NCBI GenBank assembly: GCA_001275005.1
Contig: JWZX01002904.1
Span: 1 to 64,000 of the forward strand
Source: Chrysochromulina tobinii
Lineage: Eukaryota
Reading direction: 5' to 3'
DNA: 64,000 nt
In this document: piece after piece, positions 11,212 through 21,270 of the stretch
How the letters are laid out: each line of letters starts with the position of its first letter
Position numbering within the stretch: position 1 is the first letter of the stretch
Position numbers and translations under genes: made by a program
The notes under the pieces: generated by a model
What the model was told of the DNA's origin: nothing
Seen by the model: the letters and a program-made list of their open reading frames with translations, nothing else
Databases searched by the model: none

Positions 11212-11972
11212 TGCACGCGCTGGTGAGAGGTGGCGGCGCCGGTGAGGCGCCGAGCCGGGCGCTAGTACCAGCAGGGATGGGGCCGGGGCAGAGTTTCCCC
11301 ACAATCGCATGGCGGCGGCGGCGGAGGAGGAGGAGGAGGAGCAGCGCAGCGGAGGAGACACGACGGACACTGTGGGCCGGATGAGAGAGAAGGAGATTCG
11401 CATGCGTCCTGGGCCCTGGGGGGCTTCTCTGGCCGTTTAGCGTGCATGTGGTGTGCGGCGTGAGAGCAGTTGAGAGCAGCGGTGAGTTCTATGCGTGCTC
11501 CGGTGGGGCGACGGGCGTGAGCCGAGCGCGTCGGAGTTCTCTGCGGGGTCTCGGGTCTCGTCCTAGACGCAATTAGTTGAAGACGTCTCCATTCTCGCGG
11601 CGACCCCGACCGGCCGTCCCGCGCCGCGGGCGCATCGTCCATCGATCCCCGGACCCCCCCCGCGAGCCGCGTCCGCGACCGGCCCGGGCGGAGAGCGCCG
11701 GGCGAGCGGTCGAGTCGAGTCCGGAGTCCCGCTCGGCGCTCGCCCTCGGGGGCGAACCGGCTACACCGGGCGAAGCGGTCGGCCGCTCCCAAATTCAACA
11801 TCCTAATACACACCAAGTGCAGAGTGGCTCTCGCCTCACCTAGACGCAAGACGCTCGACCGACATGTCCTGTCTATCCTATCCTCGGCGCGATGCAGCAC
11901 AGTGACCGGTGAGGCACTCTCTGCTCAAATCAGATGGTGACAGCTTACACCCGGGGTTGCCGTCACCCCGCC

Positions 11973-13425
11973 TCACTTGCTTCGCAAGCAGGCTTCAATG
12001 AGCAGATCAAGCACATCATCAGGAAACTTCATGCTGTATTTGTTCAGCCACAGCAGCTGCAAGACAAATCGCTGGGTGGTGATGTTGAACATCAAATGAT
12101 CTTTGCGAGACCAATCGACCATATCCCAGACTTTGATCGTCCCGCCGTTACATGCGGACACGATCTTGGTGCCATCGGGCGAAAACGCCACCGAGTTGAT
12201 CTGGCGCCTGTGCGCGTTCATCTTCTCGCTCAGCAGCTCCAGTTTGCCTGCCAGACAAGCCAGCGGGCGTCAGTTTTGGCCAAGGAGGGGCGATTTCGAG
12301 TTCGCGGCGCACCCGAATCCCAGACTTTGATCGTCCTTTCCTCCGATCCCGAGACGATCTTGGTCCCATCCGGGGAAAACGCCACTGACCTGATCCAGTC
12401 GTGTGGGCGTTTTTCTTCTCGCTCAGTAGCTCCAGCTTGCCTGCCAGACAAGCCAGCAGACGTCAGTTTTGGCCAAGGAGGGGCGATTTTGAGGGCTTCG
12501 GCACACCCGAATCCCAGACTTTGATCGTCTTGTCATGAGATCCGGACACAATCTTGGTCCCGACCGGGGAAAACGCGACCGACCTGATGATGTCGCTGTG
12601 GGCGTTCGCCTTCTCGCTCAGTAGCTCCAGCCCGCCTACCAGACAAGCCAACAGGCGTCAGGTTTGGCCACAAGGAGGGGCGATTTTGAGGGCACGGCGC
12701 ACCCGAATCCCAGACTTTGATCGTCTTGTCGAACGATCCCGACACAATCTTGGTCCCGTCCGGGGAAAACGCCACCGACAAGACGTAGCTGCTGTGCGCG
12801 TTCGCCTTCTCGCTCAACAGCTCCAGTGCGCCTGCCAGACAAGCCAACAGGCGTCAGGTTTGGCCACAAGGAGGGGCGATTTTGAGGGCTCGGCGCACCC
12901 GAATCCCAGACTTTGATCGTCTGGTCCCACGATCCCGACACAATCTTGGTCCCGTCCGGGGAAAACGCCACCGAGTTGATCCCCCGGCTGTGCGCGTTCA
13001 TCTTCTCGCTCAACAGCCCCAGTTTGTCTGCCAGACAAGCCATCAGGCGTCAGTTTTGGCCAAGGATGGGCGATTTTGAGCTCGCGGCGCACCTGAATCC
13101 CATACTTTGATCGTCCCGCCGTCACATGCGGACACGATCTTGGTGCCATCGGGCGAAAACGCCACCGAGTTGATCTGGCGCCTGTGCGCGTTCATCTTCT
13201 CGCTCAGCAGCTCCAGTTTGCCTGCCAGACAAGCCAGCGGGCGTCAGTTTTGGCCAAGGAGGGGCGATTTCGAGTTCGCGGCGCACCCGAATCCCAGACT
13301 TTGATCATCCCATCAGCCGATCCCGACACGATCTTGGTCCCGTCCGGGGAAAACGCAAGCGATAGGACGTAGACGTTGAGGGCGCTGGTCTTCTCCGCTA
13401 CACAGTTGATGAGCGTCGCGATCAT
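11973..13425 (-). CDS. 7-bladed WD40 protein, one repeat per exon, with C-terminal F-box/SOCS-like tail
   Basis: Exons 13425-13287, 13221-13093, 13027-12899, 12831-12703, 12635-12507, 12440-12313 (128 nt, 1 nt short) and 12247-11973. All introns are phase 1, GT(G/T)..CTGAC..YAG. Repeat consensus [42 protein letters not shown]. Confidence 0.9.
12119..13330 (-). repeat. Tandem array of ~194-196 nt intron+exon units
   Basis: Six near-identical introns (13222-13286, 13028-13092, 12832-12898, 12636-12702, 12441-12506, 12248-12312) alternate with WD40 exons. Confidence 0.95.
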
Positions 13426-14457
13426 CCTGCGAACAAGAGAGAAGAAGAGAGTCTTTAGGCTGCATGCGTACATTCGGCAGCATGGAGATATGGGACCACA
13501 AAAGCGGCTGCAAGCTCGAAGGGCGCTTGAAGTGTCTCGGCGCAGACATGCAACAGCCAACAGAGTGCCGCAAGGATGAGGGGAATCGCGTGCGGCGTGT
13601 GGCTCCGAAGCTGTCATCGCGAACGGTGAGAGTCACAGGCCCTCGAGAGAGAGGCAGCCCAGCTCGGGTTCTCAGGATTGGGCAGTCGCGTGGCAGTGAA
13701 GCGCGCGGGGGTGGTGAGGAGGGAGGTGGACTGGTCGGCGGCGGCGCGCGACTGCGGAAAGGCACGCGGGAAAAAACCACAGTCGTGAGAGAGACAAAGG
13801 GAGAACGCATGTGTGCTCCCTCCGGAGTGTTGCAGGAGAGCCCGTGGGGCACTTTGGAGGAAAGCACCTGAGCGGATTCGATCGATTCCGTGTGCGAAGG
13901 CGGTGCGGTGTGCGCGTGCAGCGATCGCACCGACGCACGTTGAGCACAAAGAGCGACGGAGCGCGCGCGCACGGAGCGCGATGAGTGGGACGCGCAACGC
14001 AAAATACTGCGCCAAGCTCGTGTCGGCTGTCGAGCTCCTGCTCTCGGCGGCCCTCAGCCGCTCAGCGCAGCTCAGCGGCGACAAAAGGCTCTCGTGTTCA
14101 CGTGAATGGAGTCAGAATCTCACCGCCCCAAGAAAGCCTCGGAGAAAAGCCGAGACGGTCCCCGCCGCGCTCGAGGCTCGACTCACGTCACCGCCCGGTG
14201 GACTTCACGCCACCGACTCGTCACCGCACGTCACGGTCCGGTCGTCGAGCGGTCGAGGTGCAGTAGGTGCGGCCACTGCGGTGTACAGAAACTCTTATCT
14301 AATCAAGATCCAGATCTTAAAGGTGAGACACAACTCAGCAAGACGACAAAGTGAGCAAGGCAGAGGCCGCGATGGCCGAGGCCGCGCGCGCGGGCCCGCT
14401 CGCTTCAACTTGCACGGATCCTCGGTTTGCCCCCGCCCCCCGAGCCCCCCCAGCCCA

Positions 14458-16184
14458 TCAGTGCGCGGCGGGGGCGGGGGCGCGTCGCGTGGCGGACGCG
14501 ATGCGCGCGAGCAGCCGCCCCGCATGGGGCACGCGGCACGAGTGAAGTGTGAAGAGGAGCACCGAGAAGAGCGTGAGCGCGCCTGCTTGATGGGCGGACC
14601 CCAGGTGGACGGGTACGCAGTTGACCAGGGTCGCGATTCCCAGGCCCACCTGCCCCCATGCAGCCAGGAGCAGCACGTCGGTGGCGATGCGCAGCTGCAT
14701 GGGGAGCGGCATGCGCTGGGCGGAGAGCCAGAGCGCAGTCACGCTGCTCAGGGTCGTGAGCGCCAAGATGCGATGGTGCTGCGAGCAAGGGGTGGACGTT
14801 TCCAGGCGCATGGCATCAGTGTGGGGAAGTGATCCCATGGTGTGGGGAACTGATGGCGCATGGCATCAGTGTGGGGAACTGATGCCTGGTGTGGGGAACT
14901 GATGCCATGGTGTGGGGAACTGATGCCATGGTGTGGGGAACTGATGCCATGGTGTGGGGAACGGATGGCGCATGCCATCAGCGTGGGTCGTAAGGTGTTC
15001 GCGGTACGAAAGAGATGTCGCGTCGTCATCAGGTGCAATCATGGACGTCATCAGGTGCAATCATGGACGTCATCAGGTGCAATCAGGGACGTCATCAGGT
15101 GCAATCAGGGACGCCGCGTCGTCATGTGTAAGGGAGCAAGCGGCGCGTGCAGGTGGAGCGGGCAGGTGGCGCGGGCAGGTGGAGCGGGGCATACCAGCTG
15201 CACGGAGGGGACGGACTCGAAAAAGTTGCGGTAGAGCGGCGTGAGCTCCATGTACCCATCGGGCACCAGCCGACCTTCCATTAATGGGAAGGTGTTGAAC
15301 GCGTGGCCTGCCTGCATGCCCGCCACGAAGGCACCCGAGACGGCGGTGACACCGACGAGGAGCGCCAGCAGCCGCACGCGCGTCTGGAGCGTCTGGAGCG
15401 CGGCCATGGCGTGCTCGGCCCGCGGCTGCAGCACGCCCAGCCCCGTGTACAGCAGCAGGCTGAAGATGGCAAACGCGCAGCTCAGGTGGGTCGCCAGCCG
15501 GTAGGGCGAGACTCGCGGGATCCCGCCGGCGATCTCGTCGATGCGCTGCTTCTCGAGGCCAGACCTGACCATCCACCAGCCGACCAGGCCCTGCGAGCCG
15601 CCCATCACGAAGAGCAGGCCCAGCGTCGGCGCAAGCTTGCGCGGGATCTGGCCGCGCAGCGCGAACACGGCAAGGGGCACGCCGAAGATGAAGCCGATCG
15701 TGCGACCGAACGTGCGGTGTGCCCACTCCCAGAAAAAGATGTTCTTGAAATCGGCCAGGTCGAAGCCGCTGCCCGCGTACAGGCGCTGGTACTCGGGAAA
15801 CTCCTTGTACCGCGCAAACTCGGCCTCCCACGCCGCCGCGTCACGAGGCCACGGTTTGTTCTGCGGCCGCCAGTCAGTCATCGACAGACCCGAGCGTGTG
15901 AGCCGCGTGATACCGCCGACGACGACCATCGCGAAGACGGAGGCGCTCGTGCCGATCAGCCACCATCCGACCGCACGAGACGCCACCTCAGGCACGGCAG
16001 CGGAGGCCACGGCCGCCGTGACTGCGGAAGTCGACGCGCCTGCAGCGTGGCCGAGCTCCGGGTGGCCGACGGATATCGAGCTACGCGCACGGCAGCAGAG
16101 CCGCGACGGCGCGAGCGGCGCTACGCGTCTGCACAGGGCGCTCGACGCGGAGCCGCAGCCCAGCCGGAGCGCGCGGAGGAGCAT
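14458..16184 (-). CDS. COX15: Heme A synthase, 2 exons (16184-15195, 14778-14458)
   Basis: VVVGGITRLTRSGLSMTDWRP, FFWEWAHRTFGR, QGLVGWWMVRSGL, RVSPYRLATHL, FNTFPLM. Splicing gives VQL|HHRILA and exon 2 carries GSAHQAGA. Mitochondrial-type presequence. Confidence 0.93.
14779..15194 (-). other. COX15 intron with two 21-nt minisatellites
   Basis: GTATGC donor and CAG acceptor. (TGGTGTGGGGAACTGATGCCA)n at ~14811-14960 and (CATCAGGTGCAATCAKGGACGT-like)n at ~15026-15112. Confidence 0.85.
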
Positions 16185-16464
16185 ACAGGGACGATCGGCG
16201 ACCAGAACTTTCATGGGTGACGAAACAAGAGATCGCAACGGACGGAAACGGTGCACGTTTTAAGCACGTTTGAAGCACAAGTTCCAGACGCTGGTTAACG
16301 ATGCTCGATAGGATGAGAGGCAAGCCGTTACACACTGCACTTCACAGGCTCCCGCGTGAGCCGCCTCGGAGGAAGCGAAGCGAGAGGGATTTGCGCACCC
16401 TGTCCTCGCGCGCGGATCACAGCAGGGTAGCTGCTTCTCCGTGGAATCAGTTACCCTCTGACAC

Positions 16465-17553
16465 ATGGCGTACCAGAAGGTCCCTAGGGAGGTGGAAGAG
16501 GAGGGTGGTCAGCCAAACGAAAAGGCGACCCTGATCGCGCAGCCGCCGGCATCGGAGGATGAGGTGCATCGCGGCGGCCTCATGTCCAACACCACCTTCC
16601 TCCGGATGACGATCCTCATCTCGGTGACGATGCAGAATACTGCCTACGCGCTGCTGCGCCGCTACTCGCGCGGGCACCTGCAGGAGCGATATTCGACTTC
16701 GTCAGCGCTGCTCGTGATGGAGGTGGTCAAGATCTTACTCTCCGCTCAGCAGATCGCCTTCGGCGGCCACCAGAGCGACGTGCCTTCGGGCACGTTCGTG
16801 AGCAAGTTCAGCTTCCTGATCGCCCATTCGTGGAAGATGATCGTGCCCGCGGTCACGTACCTTGTCATGAACATCCTCGGCTTCATGGCGCTGCAGCACC
16901 TGGACGCCTCGACCTTCTCGATCATCGCGCAGATGAAGGTGTTCACGACGGCGGTCTTTTCGGTTCTGATCCTCGGGCGCTCGCTGCACATGCGCAAGTG
17001 GCGCGCGCTCACGACGCTCGTGCTCGGCGTCATACTCATCTCGAACGAGGCGATGCCCAAGATGGCGCACCGCCGTCTAGGGCAGCTTGACTCGAAAACC
17101 AGTGAGCAGATGCGCTCGTTTGCCATTGGTATGGCCGCGTCGTTCGGGGACGTGCTGCTCTCGGGCTTCGTGTCCATCTACTTCGAGATGGTGCTCAAGA
17201 GCAAGACGGAGACCTTCTCTGTGTGGGACCGCAACCTGCAGCTCGCCTTTTGGTCCATGCTGATCTACGCGCCTATCATGCTCTACGATCGGCCAAACGA
17301 CCCGTTTGGCGGATGGAGTGTGATCACGTTGCTCTGCGCCGCGTGCGGCGCGCTCGGCGGTGTGCTCGTGGCGCTCTCGATCAAGTACACGGACTCGATC
17401 ATGAAGACCATCGCCACTACGGGCTCGATTGTGCTCACCACAGTACTCAACGCCGCATTCCTGCAGGGCCCTTTCACACTCCCTATCTTGACCGGCACCA
17501 TCGTCGTCGTCATCTCCGTGTTCAACTACAGTGATCCAGGCGACCACGAGTAA
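16465..17553 (+). CDS. SLC35A-family nucleotide-sugar transporter (CMP-sialic acid/UDP-Gal type)
   Basis: About 10 TM helices; EVVK, VPAVTYLVMN, QMKVFTTAVFS, SGFVSIYFEMVLK, WDRNLQL, KYTDSIMK motifs. Confidence 0.9.
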   Translation: MAYQKVPREVEEEGGQPNEKATLIAQPPASEDEVHRGGLMSNTTFLRMTILISVTMQNTAYALLRRYSRGHLQERYSTSSALLVMEVVKILLSAQQIAFGGHQSDVPSGTFVSKFSFLIAHSWKMIVPAVTYLVMNILGFMALQHLDASTFSIIAQMKVFTTAVFSVLILGRSLHMRKWRALTTLVLGVILISNEAMPKMAHRRLGQLDSKTSEQMRSFAIGMAASFGDVLLSGFVSIYFEMVLKSKTETFSVWDRNLQLAFWSMLIYAPIMLYDRPNDPFGGWSVITLLCAACGALGGVLVALSIKYTDSIMKTIATTGSIVLTTVLNAAFLQGPFTLPILTGTIVVVISVFNYSDPGDHE

Positions 17554-18161
17554 GCCACGAGCCGTCGAGCGGATGCGGCCTGCCTCCTGCCAGCCCTCCT
17601 CGCACCTGAGGAGATCAGGAGGCAGTCTCCGCCTATCCTCCCGTGAGAGCGCCGTGGGGTCCGCTGAGGGACTCGGGAGAGCGCTGCAGCCTGTGCACAT
17701 GGAGGTGGCAGTGGCAGTGGCATTTAGCATGAGCATGTCGGTATGCTATGTATGTGAGGACTGAGCTACGTGGGGAGGGCGACAGCCTATAGCCATGGCG
17801 GCGTGTTACAGCCCGCGCGCAGCCGGCCGCGGCGCGGGCGCCCCCCGCCCCTTCCGCCCGTCCCGGTGCGGTGGGTCCGCAAGCAACGCGCCGAGCGGCG
17901 GTACTGTTACAGTGTTAGTTTGAAGCAAGTAGGGAGTTACTCCGATGAGAGCACAAAACAGGATGATCACAAGTTTCTTCATAACTATGGATCTTTTCAC
18001 AAATCAGCCGCGATACGTCCGGTCCGGGTACGGACTCGAGGCCGGCAAACCCAGAAACGGACGCCCGTCTGCATCTCCTCCCATCTGCCCATCTGCGTCT
18101 CCGACAGCGAAATCTAGCTGGCCCTAGTGGTAGCTCGCTCAGCCGCGGCCCGCCACGAGCT

Positions 18162-18950
18162 CTAGTACGTGAGCGCGAGCGCTGAGCTCTTATTTAGTGG
18201 CCTCTTCATCAGCATGCCGCTCGCCGAGTAGGCGCTGTGCTGCAGGTTGATCCACTCATGCACGCTCGCGAGCTCGGTGAGGCGCACGAGCGTGCCTGCC
18301 TGGAAGCTGCGCAGGCTGGAGGCCTCGCGCGTGCGCCGGCTCCGCAGCACTGCCCTCGGCAGCGCGCCCTCATCAGCGACCGCAACGTACTCGAGGCGAT
18401 ATGCTCTCTTCTGCGTGGGCATGGGTAGCAACCCGAAGACCCAATCGTAAATGGCTTGCGTGCGAGCCATCTGGAAGCTGGACGTGACGACGAGCAGGTT
18501 TGTCCACGGCCGCACGTCAGCATGCATCACGCGCGCAAAGAACGCGTTCCCTATCGTGTCGTCGGAATAGCCTTCGACGTAAATGTCGCTGCTCTTGACA
18601 CCCATCGCCCTCAGCTCTCGCGCCATGAGCGCCGCCTCCGGCACCGCGTAGCCGGCGGGGTCGACCCATTTCGGTTTGTGTGTCGTGCCTCCTCCGTTAC
18701 AAACAACTGCAGGCGCCGCGCCGCTGCGTGCGATCTGCGACTGGTACACGCTCGCCGCCTCCCGCAGCCGGCGCATCACCGTCTCATGCGGCTTGCCCTC
18801 ATTCGAAACGCCGCCCGCTAAAACGAGGATGGCGTCCACACTCGGAGAGAACAGATCGCTTCTGCTCTCGCTTGGGCGTGCTACGTAGCCGATGAGGCCG
18901 ATCACGAGCAGTACGGCGACGCATCGGGTGACGCTCGACATTGCCGACAT
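18162..18950 (-). CDS. DUF218 (YdcF/ElyC-like) protein with N-terminal membrane anchor
   Basis: DAILVLAGG, NGGGT, PEAALMARELRAMGV, EGYSDDTIGNAFF, LLVVTSSFQMART. Confidence 0.8.
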   Translation of the reverse strand: MSAMSSVTRCVAVLLVIGLIGYVARPSESRSDLFSPSVDAILVLAGGVSNEGKPHETVMRRLREAASVYQSQIARSGAAPAVVCNGGGTTHKPKWVDPAGYAVPEAALMARELRAMGVKSSDIYVEGYSDDTIGNAFFARVMHADVRPWTNLLVVTSSFQMARTQAIYDWVFGLLPMPTQKRAYRLEYVAVADEGALPRAVLRSRRTREASSLRSFQAGTLVRLTELASVHEWINLQHSAYSASGMLMKRPLNKSSALALTY

Positions 18951-19219
18951 AATGTCTGAGGACTTTTTACATTCGGCACACATCCGAACATATAGATGAG
19001 GGTGTCTCGCTCCAGTTGCCCCTTCAAACCCAAAGCGATTCACGCTCTTCGTTCCATTTCACGCTCTTCGTCACAACTTCTGCATTTGGTCGAGTGCACG
19101 AAACGGCAGAGTCCCAACGTAGGGACGCGCGCTCGACCGCAACCAATATTGGTGCGCGTGATTATCGTGACGCGTTGCTCGACGCTCACACGATATCCTC
19201 CCATCCGTTCACTCGAGGC

Positions 19220-21225
19220 ATGTTTCCACTAGAGTCATTTCTCCGTTCAGCCGTGGCATCATGCGTGGCATGTTCGAAAAGGTACCCTGTGGTGACTCAA
19301 TTCTTCATCGTCACCTTCACGACCGGACTCTACTTCATGTCGGCTATCTTCTTCTTTGGAGATGCGGAGGAGGGAGAGATGGCACCGCTCGAGGCAATCT
19401 ACTTTGCTGTCGTGACCATGTCCACTGTCGGCTACGGCGACTATGCACCCTCGCAAGATACCCCTTATGGTATGGTTGCGACCGTCTTCTTGATTCTTGT
19501 CGGCATCATATTCGTGTTTGCAGAGATTTCAAAGCTGGTCACCATGTTGGTTTCTCCCATCTTCGAAGGGGTACGACATTTTTTCGACCTTCTCTTTCCC
19601 CAAGAGGCCATCGATCTCGACGGCGATGGCGGATCTGACTTCAAAGTGCCTCGTGGGCCAATCGTTTACTACGGCAAGAACCTAATCGCGCCAATGGTCA
19701 TCATCATCGGTGGTCAATTTCTTTGGGCGCAATTCTACGTCATGGCCGACCCAACCTGGGAGTATCCCGTCGCTGTGTACCACTGTTTCACCACCATGAC
19801 AACCGTTGGCTACGGCGATGTGCGGATCAATGTGCGGATCGGCGACACCCACAGACCCGCGCTGCTGCACCACACACATGAGTACAGACGCGGACACGAA
19901 TGAAGTTGTGCAACATGCCCCCCCCCCAAAACCTTTCGCAGACCGACAATGCAAAGATAGTGTGCATCTTCCACATCACCTTCTCGGTCTCGTTGCTCGG
20001 TGCGCTGATCTCTGAGATCTTTAAACTGATGTCCGATCGTGAGGAGATTCTCAAGCGAGCTGAGATGCTCAAACGAAGGCTCAACCCGGAGCTGATCAAA
20101 TCTCTCGATAAGGATGGCGCCGGCGTCGACAAAACTGAATTCGTCGTTGGGATGCTTGTGAAGCTTGAGCTTGTTCGAGAGCAAGACGTGATGCCGTATC
20201 TCAAGCAGTTCGCAACGCTCGATGCAGACGGGTCGGGCGTGTTGACCGCCCATGACCTCGAAGCAGCAGCACTCGCTCTACAGGACAAGGTTGCAGGGAG
20301 GGCGCCGAGGCAATGGCGCATGGATCGATCATCTCAGGGATCGCGGGCAAGAGGTCAGCCTCCGCCGTCTCCGACGCCGTCGATGAGAAGTACCGTCGAA
20401 GTCAGTGAGCTTCCTGTGCGGTTTACGGAGCGAGGCCTAGGCATCAGCATCGATTCTCAGAATGTCATCACTGCACTCAAGCTCGGTGGACCAGCCGAGA
20501 ACGACAAGCTACTGCGGGTTGGTGACGTTGTTGTCAAGGTGGATGGCTGTCCGTTGACCGACTTCACCTTGAACGAGCTCGTTGGTGCGAAGGGCAAGGA
20601 AATCTACCAATTCACCATCGAGCGCAAGGCAGCTCACCCTGCATCTCCTGCCGGGCGCAAGGCAGCTACGCACGAGCTACACAAGGCAGGCATGGCAGCT
20701 TCTGCTGCGACTCCGCCACGATGGGATTCCCAGCAATCCCCCTCGGAAGTGCCATCCGGGACGCTGATCCAACCCTTGAAGGTCGAGGACCAGCTGCTGC
20801 TTCGCACAACCATGGCCTACATTTGGGGAACGATGGGCCTTCCACGCGACCGCATGATCGAGTTTACGGATCTCGTCGCCACATCAATCATGACCGTCCC
20901 AGCGGCTGCCAATATCGATGTGCGCATGGCTTCTGAATCATACGCGACTCCGCGCAAGGCAGCACCCGTAATTCAAGCCCCAGCTGAGTTGGCCTTCGCT
21001 TGGGGAGCGATGGGCCTTCCGCGTGATCGCATGCTCGAGTTCATGGAACTCGTCCTCAATCCACCGACTCGCAATGTCGATGTGTGCATGGCGATGGGGC
21101 CCTACTCGACTCCGCGTAGTGCAGGATCCGTTCTGTCACCATCTCTGCTGCCAGAGGCGCAGGGGCTGGCCGAGCCAGGTGCAGAAGCGCGAGTTGGCGA
21201 TGGAGCCGTTCACCAAGTTTTATGA
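19220..21225 (+). CDS. Two-pore (TPK/K2P-like) K+ channel with EF-hands and PDZ domain; intron 19832-19941
   Basis: Two TVGYGD selectivity filters; EF-hand loops DKDGAGVDKTEF and DADGSGVLTAHDL; PDZ signature RGLGISI...LGGPAENDKLLRVGDVVVKVDG. The intron restores the frame. Confidence 0.88.
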
Positions 21226-21270
21226 GGCCTGGTTGAGTGTGTTCACAGCAAATTCACATTTCGCAAACAC

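Noticed and set aside
12119..13330. Repeat-spacer-like periodicity resembling a CRISPR array
   Set aside because: Both parts of each unit are homologous: WD40-coding exons and GT-AG introns. No unique spacers or cas genes, and the context is eukaryotic.
11973..14350. Diversity-generating retroelement or NACHT-WD40 (HET-E-like) NLR
   Set aside because: No reverse transcriptase in the window, variation is not adenine-specific, and no P-loop/NACHT coding sequence is visible upstream of the WD exons.
13430..14450. ORFs 13313-14002 (-) and 13813-14832 (+)
   Set aside because: No recognisable domain or coding-like composition; probably intergenic/UTR sequence and antisense to COX15.
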